Source: Syntrophorhabdaceae bacterium (lineage in GTDB: Bacteria > Desulfobacterota > Syntrophorhabdia > Syntrophorhabdales > Syntrophorhabdaceae). Taken from it: 64,000 bases of DNA. The stretch is from positions 96,001 to 160,000 of the forward strand of contig CAXXUO010000004.1 of NCBI GenBank assembly GCA_963666485.2, read 5' to 3'. The translations under genes and the position numbers were made by a program. The notes beneath the pieces are model-generated. The model was not told the DNA's origin. It did not search any database and saw only the letters and a list, made by a program, of their open reading frames with translations. How positions within the stretch are numbered: the first letter of the stretch is position 1; every line of letters starts with the position of its first letter. This document shows, piece by piece, positions 30,187-39,961 of this stretch.

Positions 30187-32070
30187 TTATCCAAGGAATC
30201 TTTTACACCAATTCTCAAAATTAAGAAGGGACCATATCAAAAGTCTTCTGTTCTCGATGCCGTGCAAATGTTGGTCGACAAGCCCCTGTATTGTTTCCTT
30301 ATGAAGGTAATTATAGAGTTCGGCCCGGTCGTTATAGAGCATCCGTTTTACATAGTCTATACTCTCTCCCTTGAACCAGCTTGCGTCCGGTGCGGAGAAT
30401 CCCTGTTTTTCGCGCTCCGTTATCTCGACAGGGATGTATCTCTCCATTATCTTTCTGAGGATCAATTTGCCGTCCTGCGTCCGCTTGAAATAATTGTCCT
30501 GCTTCGGGCCCGGCTCGTTTTCGTTGGGGCGTTCTATATCCTTTCCGAGGTTCCTGAGCTTGTACCGCACCGGTATGCGTATTGCAAAATCGACCAGATC
30601 ATTATCGAGAAACGGGACTCGGGTTTCAAGTGAATGCGCCATGCTGAGCTTGTCGTCGACAAGGAGAAGGCCGTGAAGGAAGGTCCTGGCCTCGAAGCAC
30701 AGGGAATGATTTATGTAATCTTCCGGCGTCCGCAGGACATGTTCGTGGTCCAGGAAGACGCTTTTGAAAATATCCCGCGTCCACACGTGCCGGACATCAT
30801 TCCAAACCGGTTGAAACACATCCTTGATCGTCTTGTTCGGTATGAGCCTTTGCCAGAACTGGTAGTAATTATCGACATAGTCCTCGAAATTCGAGCTTCC
30901 CGCCGCCCGGTAGTAACGCCATGGATACCCGCCGAAAAGCTCGTCGCCCCCCGTCCCGGCAAGAACGACCTTAACGAATTTGCTGGCAAGTTGTGCAACG
31001 TAGTAATTGGGATAGCTCTGCCCTACCCGCGGCTCTTCAATATGCCAGGCCATCATGGGCATGATGCGTTCCATGTCGCCTGATTTAAGGACCATCTCGT
31101 AATGCTCCGTTTTGAACAAATACGACATGTACTCGGCGCCGGACCTCTCGTCGTACGTCACTTCGATACCCGATGCCGAACTGAGATCAAAGCCGCATGT
31201 AAAAGACTTGATATACGGTATCTCCTGAGCAGCCAGCGCCGTGATGGAGCCTGAATCCATACCGCCGCTGAGGTACGCGCCGACGTCCACATCGCTGACC
31301 AGCTGCCTTTTTACTGCCTGACGGAACAAGCGGTCCAGCTCTTCTATGTACTCTTCCTCGGCTACCGGGGATTCGGGTTCCTTGAACATAAAATCCCAGT
31401 ATTTACGAAAGCTGAGGGAGCCAGTTCCTTTGTCCAGTGAAATGCTCGCCCAGGTTGCAGGCGGAAAGAGCCGCACGTTCTTCAGGAATGTCCTGTCCGT
31501 AAAGATATTCTGGAATGAGAAATACTCGACCAGCGCTTCGAGGTCCAGCTCCCTTTTCAGGCGGGGATACGTGATAATTGCCTTTTGCTCCGAGGCAAAG
31601 AGCAGCACATTATCCACGACCGCGTAATATAACGGCTTGATGCCGTACCTGTCACGGGCGAGGAAAAGCTTCTTCTCGACCGCGTCCCAGACCGCGAACG
31701 CGAACATCCCGTTGAACCGGTCGACACAGGCGCTGCCCCACTCTGCGTACGCGTGCAGGACAACCTCGGAGTCGGATGTCGAGATGAAGCGATGCCCAAG
31801 AGACTGAAGTTCAGCCCGCAGTTCCCGGAAGTTATACACCTCACCGTTGTAGGTCAGGGCATACCTCTTATCGGGCGTGACCATGGGTTGATGGCCCGTC
31901 GGCGTGAGGTCTATGATCGAGAGCCTGCGATGGCCGAAACCTATGCAGCCGTCTATATATATCCCCTCGTCATCGGGCCCCCGGTGGGCAATGGCGGTCG
32001 TCATGTTCTTTAAAAGAACAGGCGAGACGGCCTGACAGTTGAGATCGAATATTCCTGTAATACCGCACAT
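30187..32070 (-). CDS. AsnB-type glutamine-dependent amidotransferase (second copy)
   Basis: MCGITG, HRGPDD, YLSGGMDS, GTGGDELFGGY. Confidence 0.9.
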   Translation of the reverse strand: MCGITGIFDLNCQAVSPVLLKNMTTAIAHRGPDDEGIYIDGCIGFGHRRLSIIDLTPTGHQPMVTPDKRYALTYNGEVYNFRELRAELQSLGHRFISTSDSEVVLHAYAEWGSACVDRFNGMFAFAVWDAVEKKLFLARDRYGIKPLYYAVVDNVLLFASEQKAIITYPRLKRELDLEALVEYFSFQNIFTDRTFLKNVRLFPPATWASISLDKGTGSLSFRKYWDFMFKEPESPVAEEEYIEELDRLFRQAVKRQLVSDVDVGAYLSGGMDSGSITALAAQEIPYIKSFTCGFDLSSASGIEVTYDERSGAEYMSYLFKTEHYEMVLKSGDMERIMPMMAWHIEEPRVGQSYPNYYVAQLASKFVKVVLAGTGGDELFGGYPWRYYRAAGSSNFEDYVDNYYQFWQRLIPNKTIKDVFQPVWNDVRHVWTRDIFKSVFLDHEHVLRTPEDYINHSLCFEARTFLHGLLLVDDKLSMAHSLETRVPFLDNDLVDFAIRIPVRYKLRNLGKDIERPNENEPGPKQDNYFKRTQDGKLILRKIMERYIPVEITEREKQGFSAPDASWFKGESIDYVKRMLYNDRAELYNYLHKETIQGLVDQHLHGIENRRLLIWSLLNFENWCKRFLG

Positions 32071-32123
32071 GATCGGTTTATTCCTGAAACTACTATTGTG
32101 GCCGGGTCCGGCTTCGAACTATT

Positions 32124-33113
32124 TCAGCCCGCAGCCCTTCTCCGTGCTTCCAATTCCTCAATATGATTCTTTCTCCACTCGATGAGTTTCTGGAAACCTT
32201 CCTCGAGGTCCACCGTCCACGTAAAACCGAGGTCCTTTTCCGCTGCAACCGGGTCTCCGACCCGGTTCGTCACGAAGGTCTGACCTGCAGGTTCATACTG
32301 CAAGGGCAGTGATGACCCGGTGATTCGAAGCAGAAGTTCAGCCAGTTCCTTTATCGATGTCTTGATTCCCCGACCCACGTTATAAAACCCGAATGGCACG
32401 TCGGCCTTGAGGGAACACACATTGGCCCGCGCGACATCGCTGACATAGATAAAATCATATGACTGGCTGCCGTCCCCAAAGACAACCGGGGAAATTCCCT
32501 TGTCTATGTTATCGAGTATCTTCATCATAACCGCGACATATGTGCCCTTGTAATCCTGCCGCGCCCCATACACATTCATGTACCTGAGGCAAACACCATT
32601 CATGCCATACCGTTTATGGTATGCCTTGAACATGTGCTCGCTTGCGATCTTGGTGGCACCGTAGAAGGTCCAGTTGTTGTAAGGATGGTCTTCGGACATG
32701 ATATCGGTAAGCGCATCGCCATAAACGGACGCCGAAGAAGAATAAACAAGCCTCTTGATGTTGTTGGCAACACAAGCTTCGAGCACGTTGAAAGTACCCC
32801 TGATATTCACGTCGAAAGCAGCCTGGGGATATTCATAGCACTGAAGGAGCCAGAGGGCCGCAAGGTGAATCACGGCATCGGTGTTCTTCATGGCGGCATT
32901 TAAAATATCGGTCTGCATAATATCGCCGCCGATCTCAAAAATGTTGCAGCGGTCGTCTTTCAGGGCTTCATTGAGGTTTTCATGGGTACCCCGGCAGAAA
33001 TTATCATAGACGGTTACCTTGCCGATATCTTCTTTCAAAAGCTCTTCAACCACATGGGAGCCGATAAGGCCCGCACCCCCCACAACAAGAATGTTCTTGC
33101 CTCTAATGTCCAT
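32124..33113 (-). CDS. NAD-dependent sugar epimerase/dehydratase (extended SDR)
   Basis: GGAGLIG, SSASVYG, YGATK. Confidence 0.9.
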   Translation of the reverse strand: MDIRGKNILVVGGAGLIGSHVVEELLKEDIGKVTVYDNFCRGTHENLNEALKDDRCNIFEIGGDIMQTDILNAAMKNTDAVIHLAALWLLQCYEYPQAAFDVNIRGTFNVLEACVANNIKRLVYSSSASVYGDALTDIMSEDHPYNNWTFYGATKIASEHMFKAYHKRYGMNGVCLRYMNVYGARQDYKGTYVAVMMKILDNIDKGISPVVFGDGSQSYDFIYVSDVARANVCSLKADVPFGFYNVGRGIKTSIKELAELLLRITGSSLPLQYEPAGQTFVTNRVGDPVAAEKDLGFTWTVDLEEGFQKLIEWRKNHIEELEARRRAAG

Positions 33114-33144
33114 CGCATCTCCTTATCAAAAATGGAATGAGCAA

Positions 33145-34311
33145 TTACCGGTCCTTCAATATCCTGCGTACTTCATCCGTGACCCTTCCGCAGTCCTCTT
33201 CCGTCATTAACGGCTCGATGGGAAGGCTCAGGACCTCCAGCGTTGCCGTCACAGTATTGTCGAGGTCACCAAAGGGCTTTTGTTTTCCGTTGAACACTTT
33301 CATGTGATGCAAAGGGACGGGATAATACACCATCGAATCGATCCCCGCCCTCTTGAGGCCTGCCTGCAGGCGGTCTCTTTCCCCGGCAAGGACTCTCAGC
33401 GTGTATTGATGGAACACATGCCCGGCATCGAAACCGCCGGGAGAGGTGGGCAGGATTATTCCGCTTTGCGCTCCCAACTCACGGTTATAGAAAGACGCTA
33501 TCTGTCTCCGGCGACCGTTGAATTGGTCGATATACCTCAATTTGGCCACTAAAATAGCAGCCTGAAGGGTATCAAGCCTTGCATTATAACCGACATGATC
33601 AACATTATATTTGTCCTTGCCCCCATGCTTAAGAAGCATCCTGACAAGATCTGCTATGGTATCGTCATTGGTCGCGACCATTCCCGCATCGCCGAAACCT
33701 CCAAGATTCTTTGACGGAAAGAAACTGAATGCCCCCGCATGGCCGACGGAACCTAACTTCTTTCCTTTAAAAGAGCCCCCAAAGGCCTGGGCCACATCCT
33801 CGAGAACAAAAAGATCATACTCCCTCGCGATGGCGAGTATTTCATCCATATCGCAGCCCTGCCCATAGAGGTGAACGGGAATGATGCCGACAACACGTGA
33901 ATGATCTTGTTCAACGCATTCTTTTATCTTTGCAGGGTCAATATTGTACGTTCCGGAATCGATATCGACAAAAACCGGGGTTGCCCCTGACCTGAGAATG
34001 GCATCACCCGTCGCCGTGAAAGTAAACGGCGTAGTTATGATCTCATCTTCATGATCGAAATATTCTTTGCCTTTACGTGATATGGCAAGGGCCCTCAACG
34101 CCAGCACCAGCGCATCAGTACCGGAAGACGCGCCGATACAGTGTTTGAGTTCAAGATACCCGGCCACCCGGCTCTCCAATTCAGCGACTTCCGGGCCCAG
34201 TATCCATTTTTGATGTTCAAGGCACCGGGCGATAGCCGCGTCAATATCTGCCTTCATGAATAGATATTCTGCGTGAAGGTCCAACATTGAAACGTGCTTT
34301 ATCTGATTCAT
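33145..34311 (-). CDS. wbpE: DegT-family aminotransferase, WbpE-like
   Basis: SGTDAL, EDVAQAFG, SFFPSKNLG, NARLDTLQAA; adjacent to wbpD/wbpB-like genes. Confidence 0.8.
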   Translation of the reverse strand: MNQIKHVSMLDLHAEYLFMKADIDAAIARCLEHQKWILGPEVAELESRVAGYLELKHCIGASSGTDALVLALRALAISRKGKEYFDHEDEIITTPFTFTATGDAILRSGATPVFVDIDSGTYNIDPAKIKECVEQDHSRVVGIIPVHLYGQGCDMDEILAIAREYDLFVLEDVAQAFGGSFKGKKLGSVGHAGAFSFFPSKNLGGFGDAGMVATNDDTIADLVRMLLKHGGKDKYNVDHVGYNARLDTLQAAILVAKLRYIDQFNGRRRQIASFYNRELGAQSGIILPTSPGGFDAGHVFHQYTLRVLAGERDRLQAGLKRAGIDSMVYYPVPLHHMKVFNGKQKPFGDLDNTVTATLEVLSLPIEPLMTEEDCGRVTDEVRRILKDR

Positions 34312-34314
34312 GGT

Positions 34315-34941
34315 CTAGTTTTCCTGAACCGCAATTAACCCGCCGGACTTCAGGGTATATTCATTTCCGCAATAAGAGCATTTCAAGTCACCCCGGGTCT
34401 TCGCATCTTTACCGTTCGCCGTTAGCCGTTCGCCGTTAGCCGACTTAAGCGTCGTCCCGCATTTACATGTCCATCCCACCTGCCGTGCGGGCACTCCAGC
34501 CATAACGGCATAATCCGGAACATCCTTTTTCACGACAGCACCTGCGCCGATGATCGCATACCTTCCAATCGTGGATCCGCAAACGATCGTTGAATTAGCA
34601 CCGATGGTAGCACCTTTTTTGACACGGGTTTCCCTGAACTCATGTTTTCGTTCTATGAAAGCCCGGGGGTTATATACATTCGTGAATACACACGATGGGC
34701 CGCAGAAGACCTCATCCTCGAGGACCACGCCTCTGTACACAGAAACATTGTTCTGAATCTTGCAGCGGTCCCCGACAACGGCATCACGCTCCACACATAC
34801 ATTCTGGCCTATGATACAATTCCTGCCAATCCTGGCCCCGGAGAGAATATGCGAGAAATGCCATATTTTTGTTCCATCACCTATTTGCACGTTATCATCG
34901 ACATAACTGCTTTCATGCACAAAAAACTGTCCTTCACTCAT
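34315..34941 (-). CDS. wbpD: Hexapeptide-repeat N-acetyltransferase, WbpD-like
   Basis: TKIWHFSHI, KIQNNVSVY, VFTNVYNPR; C-terminal CxCG...CxxCG. Confidence 0.85.
   Translation of the reverse strand: MSEGQFFVHESSYVDDNVQIGDGTKIWHFSHILSGARIGRNCIIGQNVCVERDAVVGDRCKIQNNVSVYRGVVLEDEVFCGPSCVFTNVYNPRAFIERKHEFRETRVKKGATIGANSTIVCGSTIGRYAIIGAGAVVKKDVPDYAVMAGVPARQVGWTCKCGTTLKSANGERLTANGKDAKTRGDLKCSYCGNEYTLKSGGLIAVQEN
34412..34442. repeat. 7-bp CCGTT(C/A)G tandem array inside the wbpD-like CDS
   Basis: ccgttcg ccgttag ccgttcg ccgttag ccg. Confidence 0.85.
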
Positions 34942-34945
34942 ATGT

Positions 34946-36097
34946 CTAATCCAATCCTTTAAGAATCGTTACGATCCTGTCCACGGCGTGACCATCCCCA
35001 TAATAGGGATGCCAGTCACCGGGACCGGTCCCGCGGGCAAGTCCGATCGCTGTCCCTGCTATCTTTTCCCTGTCAATTCCCGTCAGAATGTTCCAGCCGC
35101 TTTCAACGAGTTCAACCCACTCTGTTTCATTTCTCGGTATGATGCAGGGCACCCGAAAGAAAAAACCTTCTTTTTGAACGCCCCCGGAATCCGTGATTAT
35201 ACCGGATGCATTGCTCTCGAGAACGAGCATTTCACTATACGATACAGGTTCGGCACATTGAATGTTCGTTTCCGTATCGAGCGGAATTGAATTTTCCATG
35301 AACGCTTTTCGTGTCCTGGGATGCAGAGGGAAAAAGACGTTGATCCCTGCCCGGGCTATTTCCCCGAGTGCCTCCCAAATAATACGCAGATTATCGGGAT
35401 TGTCCGTGTTTTCCGCCCGATGGATGGTAACCAGTATATATTTGTTCTTTGCCAATCCGAACCTTTCCAGGACACTGCCGGGATTGACCATCTCGCACAT
35501 TGAAACGGCAATGTCGTACATGACATCGCCAACATTTGCCACAAGCGGCATGGCGGAACCGGGACCGACCGCCGGATCATCCCTGTCGATCAATTTCCCG
35601 CCATTCACAGGATTGTCAAATCCTTCCTTTACCAGGTTATTTATCGATATTTCCGTCGGGCAGAACAGAATATCCGACACGTGGTCCGTGACGACCCTGT
35701 TGACCTCCTCGGGCATGCTTTTGTTGTAACTTCGCAACCCTGCCTCCACGTGGGCGACCGGTACATGTATCTTCGACGCGGCCAGCGACCCGGCCAGTGT
35801 CGAATTTGTATCCCCGTAAACGAGGACGAGATCGGGTTTCTCCCGGAGCAAAATTTGTTCTATTGAAGACAGCATATCGCCGGTTTGTTTCCCGTGAGAT
35901 GCAGAACCCACTCCCAGATGGTAATCGGGTTGCGGTATACCAAGCTCCGCGAAAAAGATGTCCGACATGTTCAGGTCATAATGCTGCCCCGTATGCACGA
36001 GGACTTCCCGAAAACCGTTGTCGCGCAATTGCCGGCAAACCCGGGATGCTTTTATGAATTGAGGCCTGGCCCCTACTATGCTGACGATCTTTTTCAT
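34946..36097 (-). CDS. wecB: UDP-N-acetylglucosamine 2-epimerase (WecB/WbpI-like)
   Basis: GARPQFIK, HTGQHYD, GDTNSTLA, HVEAGLRS, TDSGGVQKE. Confidence 0.92.
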   Translation of the reverse strand: MKKIVSIVGARPQFIKASRVCRQLRDNGFREVLVHTGQHYDLNMSDIFFAELGIPQPDYHLGVGSASHGKQTGDMLSSIEQILLREKPDLVLVYGDTNSTLAGSLAASKIHVPVAHVEAGLRSYNKSMPEEVNRVVTDHVSDILFCPTEISINNLVKEGFDNPVNGGKLIDRDDPAVGPGSAMPLVANVGDVMYDIAVSMCEMVNPGSVLERFGLAKNKYILVTIHRAENTDNPDNLRIIWEALGEIARAGINVFFPLHPRTRKAFMENSIPLDTETNIQCAEPVSYSEMLVLESNASGIITDSGGVQKEGFFFRVPCIIPRNETEWVELVESGWNILTGIDREKIAGTAIGLARGTGPGDWHPYYGDGHAVDRIVTILKGLD

Positions 36098-36108
36098 TGC
36101 GCCAAAGG

Positions 36109-37065
36109 TCAGGGAACGTCCAGGTTCTTCAATAGCGGGTGATACTCGCCTTTCAGGCCCACCGGTTTTGCGTTGCGGATCTCGAATGCCGTTTCGATGG
36201 ACTGCTTGACATCGCTTAGTCCAAACCCGTCGCCTTCGAGTATCTTCTGATAGCTGACAGTGTGCAGATCCGTAAACCCGTCGGAGAACTCAATTTCTTC
36301 GCCATTGACCGTGATCGACCTGTACGTCGTCTTTTTTTCGGCAACTGCATTCTCCGGGAGATCATTTCTGTCAAGCGAGAGGAACCAGCGGACCCGGGCA
36401 TTGGCAAGTTCCAGGAAACCGGCGGCCTTCGTCTCCTGGTGCACATGAACGACATTCCTTTGAACCGGCCCGAAGATCCACTGCAGCATGTCAAAAAAAT
36501 GGATACCGATGTTCGTCGCCACCCCGCCGGATTTCGAGATGTCCCCTTTCCATGAAACGAGGTACCATCTGCCCCGCGACGTGATGTACGTCAGGTCGAT
36601 GTTGACCTTCGTGTCCTTGGGCCCGGCCAGGCTCCTCTCTTTCAACGCGATGATGGATGGATGGAGCCTTAGCTGCAGGATGGAATTTACGCGCCTGCCC
36701 GTTTCTTTCTGCATTTCTTCCAGCGCGTCAACATTCCACGGATTGAGGACCAACGGTTTTTCACAGATCGCGTCGGCGCCGACCCTCAACGCGAAGCGCA
36801 TATGGGCGTCATGGAGATAGTTCGGGGAAGCGATGCTGACATAGTGGATCCGCTTGTCATCGTCCGTCCTCTTGAGGCGTTCGACATGCCTGTCCAGTCT
36901 TTCGAATTCGATGAAGAAACTGGCATCGGGAAAATAACTGTCGATAACCCCTACGGCATCATGCTTGTCCAGGGCTGCGGCAAGATTGTTGCCCGTCTCT
37001 TTGATCGCTTTCATGTGCCGGGGGGCGATATATCCTGCAGCACCGATCAAGGCAAAGTTTTTCAT
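36109..37065 (-). CDS. wbpB: Gfo/Idh/MocA oxidoreductase, WbpB-like (UDP-GlcNAcA 3-dehydrogenase)
   Basis: FALIGAAGYIAPRH, SPNYLHDAH, CEKPLVLNP, SGGVATNIGIHFFD. Confidence 0.88.
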   Translation of the reverse strand: MKNFALIGAAGYIAPRHMKAIKETGNNLAAALDKHDAVGVIDSYFPDASFFIEFERLDRHVERLKRTDDDKRIHYVSIASPNYLHDAHMRFALRVGADAICEKPLVLNPWNVDALEEMQKETGRRVNSILQLRLHPSIIALKERSLAGPKDTKVNIDLTYITSRGRWYLVSWKGDISKSGGVATNIGIHFFDMLQWIFGPVQRNVVHVHQETKAAGFLELANARVRWFLSLDRNDLPENAVAEKKTTYRSITVNGEEIEFSDGFTDLHTVSYQKILEGDGFGLSDVKQSIETAFEIRNAKPVGLKGEYHPLLKNLDVP

Positions 37066-37105
37066 ATTAGATCCTCATAAAATAACTGAAAACAAAATAT
37101 CGCTC

Positions 37106-38047
37106 TCAACCGTTCCTACGTTGCACGTACCAATCTACGGTCTTCTCAAGGCCCGCCTGGAAATCGACCTTAGGTTCATAACCCAGAAGCGATCTCGCTG
37201 TCTCGATCGAGGCAAAGGAATGCTTTATGTCCCCGGACCGCGGATCGTCATAACGGGCATGTATGTCCTTCCCGAGAATCCTGTTTATCGATGCGACGAG
37301 TTCATTGAGCGTTACACTGCCCTGGCACGCGCAATTCATTACGGACCCCGCAGGACAATTGCCCGTCGCAGCAAGAAGATTGCCCATAACAACATTTTCA
37401 ACAAACGTAAAATCCCTGCTTTGCTTGCCATCCCCGAATATCACCGGCCTTTCCCCGTCCAGTATCGCATTGATAAATTTCGGGATCACTGCGGCGTATT
37501 GGGAATTCGGGTCCTGCCGTGGGCCAAACACATTGAAGTACCGTAAAGCCACCGTGTGAAGACCGTACGTTCGTGCAAAAACAACGCAATATTTTTCGGC
37601 CGCCAGTTTCGTAACGGCGTACGGCGATATGGGGTTCGGAGCCAGGCCTTCATGCTTCGGCAGAACAGGGTTGTCGCCATATACGGAAGACGACGAAGCA
37701 AAGACCACTCTCTCCACGCCGGTTTCGTGTGCAGCCCTCAGGACATTCAGCGTCCCGGTGATATTGACGTCATTACTGGTAGCCGGGTCCTTGATGGACC
37801 GCGGCACCGACGGAAGTGCGGCCTGGTGCAGAACAATGTCGGATCCTTTCATTGCTTTACTCAGAGCTTCAAAATCCCTTATATCGCCCTCAACGATGTC
37901 GATGACATCTTCATGCGGGGCCAGGTTCTCCCGGTGCCCCGTGTAAAAATTATCGAAGACGGTGACCCGGTCGTTCCGCTGCGTCAGCGCATGGACTATG
38001 TTCGACCCGATAAAACCGGCACCGCCTGTCACAAAGTACTTTTTCAT
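37106..38047 (-). CDS. UDP-GlcNAc(A) 4-epimerase-type SDR (WbpP-like)
   Basis: TGGAGFIGS, HQAALPSVPRS, YAVTK, RYFNVFGPRQDP. Confidence 0.88.
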   Translation of the reverse strand: MKKYFVTGGAGFIGSNIVHALTQRNDRVTVFDNFYTGHRENLAPHEDVIDIVEGDIRDFEALSKAMKGSDIVLHQAALPSVPRSIKDPATSNDVNITGTLNVLRAAHETGVERVVFASSSSVYGDNPVLPKHEGLAPNPISPYAVTKLAAEKYCVVFARTYGLHTVALRYFNVFGPRQDPNSQYAAVIPKFINAILDGERPVIFGDGKQSRDFTFVENVVMGNLLAATGNCPAGSVMNCACQGSVTLNELVASINRILGKDIHARYDDPRSGDIKHSFASIETARSLLGYEPKVDFQAGLEKTVDWYVQRRNG

Positions 38048-38063
38048 GGTTCGCGCATACCTC

Positions 38064-39368
38064 TTATGCGGAATAAATGCGGCCCCTTAACTTTTCTTTA
38101 TCAACAATATTCCTGGTGTCCACGATCGGTACACCAAAAGAACTAAAGTCTACGGAGTGGTACTCCGCATGGGGTGTAGCGATGAGGAACAGGTCGTAGT
38201 CCCCGGTGATCTCACGCGATTCTTTTCCGGCATAGCGTGCAAATTCCCGTGACGGCCTTATCACGGGGATGTTCGGATCGTTGTATTCCACCATGGCCCC
38301 CATTTTTTCAAGTTTGTCCATGAGGTGATACGAAGGGGATTCCCTGTCATCGTCGATATCGGCTTTATACGCAAGGCCGAGGATGAGTACCCTGGCACCT
38401 TTGACAGGCTTTCCTGACTCATTCAGGGCATGGATCACTTTTGAGACCACAAAGTCGGGCATGGCGGTGTTGATCTGCCCGGCCAATTCGATGAACCGTG
38501 TGGGGCACTCATATTCCCGGGCCTTCCAGGTAAGATAAAAAGGGTCAATGGGAATGCAGTGGCCGCCCAGTCCGGGGCCGGGATAAAAAGCCTGGAATCC
38601 AAAAGGTTTTGTCCGGGCGGCATTTATAACTTCCCAGATATTGATGTCCATTTTATCGAAGAGGATCTTCAGTTCATTCACAAGAGCGATGTTCACGGCC
38701 CTGTAGATGTTCTCGAGAAGTTTTGTTGCTTCCGCCGCACGGGTACTCGATACCGGGACCGTTTTCTGCACGATCGAGTCGTACAAAGCCTGGGCCAGCC
38801 GGCAGCATTCGGGTGTATACCCTCCAACAACCTTCGGTACCGTCGTCAGCCCGAAATCCTTGTTGTTCGGGTCTTCCCGTTCCGGTGAGAAAGCGAGGTA
38901 AAAATCCTTCCCCGCAACAAGCCCTGATCTTTCCAGTATCATCCGCATATCCTGGTCGGTCGTCCCGGGGTAGGTCGTGGACTCAAGGATCACAAGCTGC
39001 CCTTTTCGCATATTTTCCGATATCGACCGGGCAGTTTCGAAAACATATTTCATCTCGGGCTCCCTGTTTTTGTTCAGGGGCGTCGGAACGCACACGAGAA
39101 TACAGTCCATCCCGCTCAGACGCGTAAAATCGGAGGTAGAAGTAAATCGGGCCGTACTTTCGGGGTTGTCGAAAACGACAGACATATCGATATGCTTGAT
39201 GTAGCTTTGTTTGTTTGCCAGTTTTGTTATCTTGGATTCATCGACGTCAAAACCCGTCAATGTGAAACCGTTCCTGAAGAATTCGATAGCCAGGGGAAGA
39301 CCGACGTACCCGAGGCCGATTATCCCGATGTGCGCTTTTTTGTTTTTGATCTTGTCTATCAGATCCAC
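38064..39368 (-). CDS. wbpA: UDP-N-acetylglucosamine 6-dehydrogenase (WbpA-like)
   Basis: Likely GTG start at 39368; GLGYVGLP, ESTTYPGTT, FSPERED, GLGGHCIPIDP. Confidence 0.88.
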   Translation of the reverse strand: MDLIDKIKNKKAHIGIIGLGYVGLPLAIEFFRNGFTLTGFDVDESKITKLANKQSYIKHIDMSVVFDNPESTARFTSTSDFTRLSGMDCILVCVPTPLNKNREPEMKYVFETARSISENMRKGQLVILESTTYPGTTDQDMRMILERSGLVAGKDFYLAFSPEREDPNNKDFGLTTVPKVVGGYTPECCRLAQALYDSIVQKTVPVSSTRAAEATKLLENIYRAVNIALVNELKILFDKMDINIWEVINAARTKPFGFQAFYPGPGLGGHCIPIDPFYLTWKAREYECPTRFIELAGQINTAMPDFVVSKVIHALNESGKPVKGARVLILGLAYKADIDDDRESPSYHLMDKLEKMGAMVEYNDPNIPVIRPSREFARYAGKESREITGDYDLFLIATPHAEYHSVDFSSFGVPIVDTRNIVDKEKLRGRIYSA

Positions 39369-39399
39369 CTTAAAACCCCCACAATTTAATTTGCCGAAC

Positions 39400-39732
39400 C
39401 TACTGGGAAGATTTAATCTCGCCCTTAAGCTCTTCGATTTCCTTCTGCAGCCTTTCGTATTCATCCAGTTTAAGCTGCAGGAAATACTGCGTCTGCCGGA
39501 CCCTTTCATTGATCCCCTGCGGGGTCAGGACATAAATGTACGCCGCCTTGTTGTTTGAGTTCTTGAAACGTTGTGCCTTGACGTAGCCTTTCTTGATAAG
39601 TTCTTTCAAGATGAAGTTGACGCTTCCGAGGCTGAGCCCGATCCTTTTTGACAGATCACGCTGAGAGATTTCTCTCGCTTCCGACAACTCTCTGAGTGTT
39701 TTAAATTGTGCTTCGTTCATGGAAGGATTCAC
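39400..39732 (-). CDS. MarR-family EPS-associated transcriptional regulator
   Basis: ISQRDLSKRIGLSLGSVNF, KAQRFKNSNNKAAYIYVLTPQG; first gene of the glycan operon. Confidence 0.88.
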   Translation of the reverse strand: MNPSMNEAQFKTLRELSEAREISQRDLSKRIGLSLGSVNFILKELIKKGYVKAQRFKNSNNKAAYIYVLTPQGINERVRQTQYFLQLKLDEYERLQKEIEELKGEIKSSQ

Positions 39733-39790
39733 GACAGGCTACCGCCACGGCGTTCGATGCTCTATCGTGACAAATTAAAATGATTATTGA

Positions 39791-39811
39791 TGTGTTCAGG
39801 CATTGAACACA
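39791..39811. promoter_or_regulatory. Palindromic operator candidate TGTGTTCA-N5-TGAACACA
   Basis: Perfect 8-bp inverted repeat about 60 bp upstream of the MarR gene, in the divergent intergenic region. Confidence 0.65.
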
Positions 39812-39961
39812 CTCATCTTCTCAGTTATACTGATATAAGTCAAGTTATTTCTAATAAAAGTCGATAAACTATTATAGTGTTTTTCTCCATATTGATTTCG
39901 GGCCCGACTGGCGTGTAAGATTAGTATTACACGATAATAAACACCCAGATAAGGAGATCAC

